DNA of 59,837 nt from Burkholderiales bacterium (lineage in GTDB: Bacteria > Pseudomonadota > Gammaproteobacteria > Burkholderiales > SG8-41). The number at the start of each line of letters is the position of its first letter. Position 1 is the first letter of the stretch. Shown here piece after piece: positions 58,857-59,837 of this stretch. The stretch is from the NCBI GenBank assembly GCA_046596405.1, contig JBKJMN010000132.1:1-59837 (forward strand), in the 5' to 3' direction. Made by a program: the position numbers and the translations under genes. Under the pieces are notes generated by a model. That model was not told where the DNA came from and made no database searches. It was given only the letters and a program-made list of their open reading frames with translations.

Positions 58857-59831
58857 ATGTTTTCTTCGACCACGCTGCAAGGTCCCGTGTTGGCGTTTGC
58901 GGTCATCGCAGCCGCCGGGGTTTCCGCGCAGGCATATCCGTCGCGGCCGATCCGCCTGGTCGTTCCGCAGACGCCGGGCGGGGCATCCGATGCGCTCGCG
59001 CGCGTGACGGGACAAAAACTCGGCGAGCGCTGGAACCAGCAGTTCGTGATCGACAACCGCGGCGGGGCGGGCGGAAACATCGGCACCGACACCGTTGCCA
59101 AGAGCGCGCCGGATGGCTACACCTGGCTGCTGGCTTACGTCGGCACGCACGCGATCAACGCCGCGCTCTACAAAAAGCTGCCGTTCGATCCGGATCGCGA
59201 TTTCGCGCCGGTCGCGACGCTGGCGACGCTGCCGTTCGTGGTTATCGTCAATAACAACCTGCCCGTCAAGAGCGTCCCGGAATTGATCGCGCTCGCCAAA
59301 ACCAAACCGGGCGGGCTCTCGTATGGCTCGGCCGGCAGCGGGTCCGTCAACCACCTGCTCGGTGTAATGCTGAATGCGCGCGGCGGCGTCAATATCGTGC
59401 ATGTGCCGTATCGCGGCGCGGCGGCGGCGTTGACCGACACCATGAGCGGGCAGGTGCAGATGTATTACGCGAGCATGCCGTCGGTCGTGCAGCACGTGCG
59501 CGCGGGCGCTGTGCGCGCGATCGCGGTCACCAGCGCGACTCGCTCCGACGCGTTAAAGGACGTGCCGACGATTGCCGAATCCGGCTTTCCGGGGTTCGAT
59601 GTCAATCCGTGGTTCGGCATCCTGGCGCCCGCGGGCACGCCGGCCCCGGTCATAGCCAGGATCAATGCCGACGTCAACCAGATGCTCGCCCAGAAAGACG
59701 TGATCGAACGCTTCACCAACCTCGGCGCGGTGCCGTTGGCGACGACGCCGGCGCAGTTTTCTCGTATTGCGCATGACGACATCGTGAAGTGGGCGAAAGT
59801 CGTCAAGGAGTCCGGCGCGACAGTCGATTGA
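58857..59831 (+). CDS. Bug family tripartite tricarboxylate transporter substrate-binding protein (TctC-like)
   Basis: Signal peptide, YPSRPIRLVVPQTPGGASD, and SAGSGSVNHL. GGAGG lies 5 nt upstream. Confidence 0.88.
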   Translation: MFSSTTLQGPVLAFAVIAAAGVSAQAYPSRPIRLVVPQTPGGASDALARVTGQKLGERWNQQFVIDNRGGAGGNIGTDTVAKSAPDGYTWLLAYVGTHAINAALYKKLPFDPDRDFAPVATLATLPFVVIVNNNLPVKSVPELIALAKTKPGGLSYGSAGSGSVNHLLGVMLNARGGVNIVHVPYRGAAAALTDTMSGQVQMYYASMPSVVQHVRAGAVRAIAVTSATRSDALKDVPTIAESGFPGFDVNPWFGILAPAGTPAPVIARINADVNQMLAQKDVIERFTNLGAVPLATTPAQFSRIAHDDIVKWAKVVKESGATVD

Positions 59832-59837
59832 GCGCCT

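Overview
This is a GC-rich chromosomal segment whose gene order looks betaproteobacterial, probably Burkholderiales-like. That rests on recalled synteny: mreBCD-mrdA-rodA-rlpA divergent from gatCAB, metX-metW-ampG, a permease-less ptsI-ptsH-EIIA(Man) next to gshAB and glnK-amtB, and a Bug/TctC-type binding protein. I support about 60 protein genes, almost all housekeeping. They cover cell shape and peptidoglycan, Glu-tRNA amidotransferase, pyrE, xthA, Met and glutathione synthesis, and nitrogen uptake. They also cover ubiK, yifB, rplM-rpsI, argC, bactofilin, erpA, anmK, tyrS and msrA, then a contiguous phosphate block (pstSCAB-phoU-phoBR-ppx with convergent ppk), can, tauD and two MFS transporters. 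I saw no rRNA, tRNA, CRISPR array, transposase, integrase, phage gene or recognisable defence system. The window looks like core genome, not an island. The ORF track uses alternative start codons and longest ORFs, so I trimmed several N-termini to conserved starts. Many long ORFs are antisense shadows of real genes. The most unusual signal is non-coding. It is a set of imperfect hairpins whose two arms are built from tandem 7-nt units: SD-like purine units paired with anti-SD-like pyrimidine units. They fill four intra-operon junctions (rodA|rlpA, mreB|mreC, gatC|gatA, ptsH|ptsI), with a one-unit relative at pstS|pstC. Other points worth a second look:
- a tandem pair of secreted coiled-coil paralogs after pyrE
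- a structured promoter-proximal leader in front of metX
- an orphan 141-codon gene
- a sigma-54/NtrC-type control region for a porin-glnK-amtB operon
- a decayed EgtB-like gene fragment in a 630-nt gap
- a SWIB/MDM2-domain protein
- tandem REP-like hairpins between ppx and ppk
All family names come from motif recognition by eye. No database search was run.
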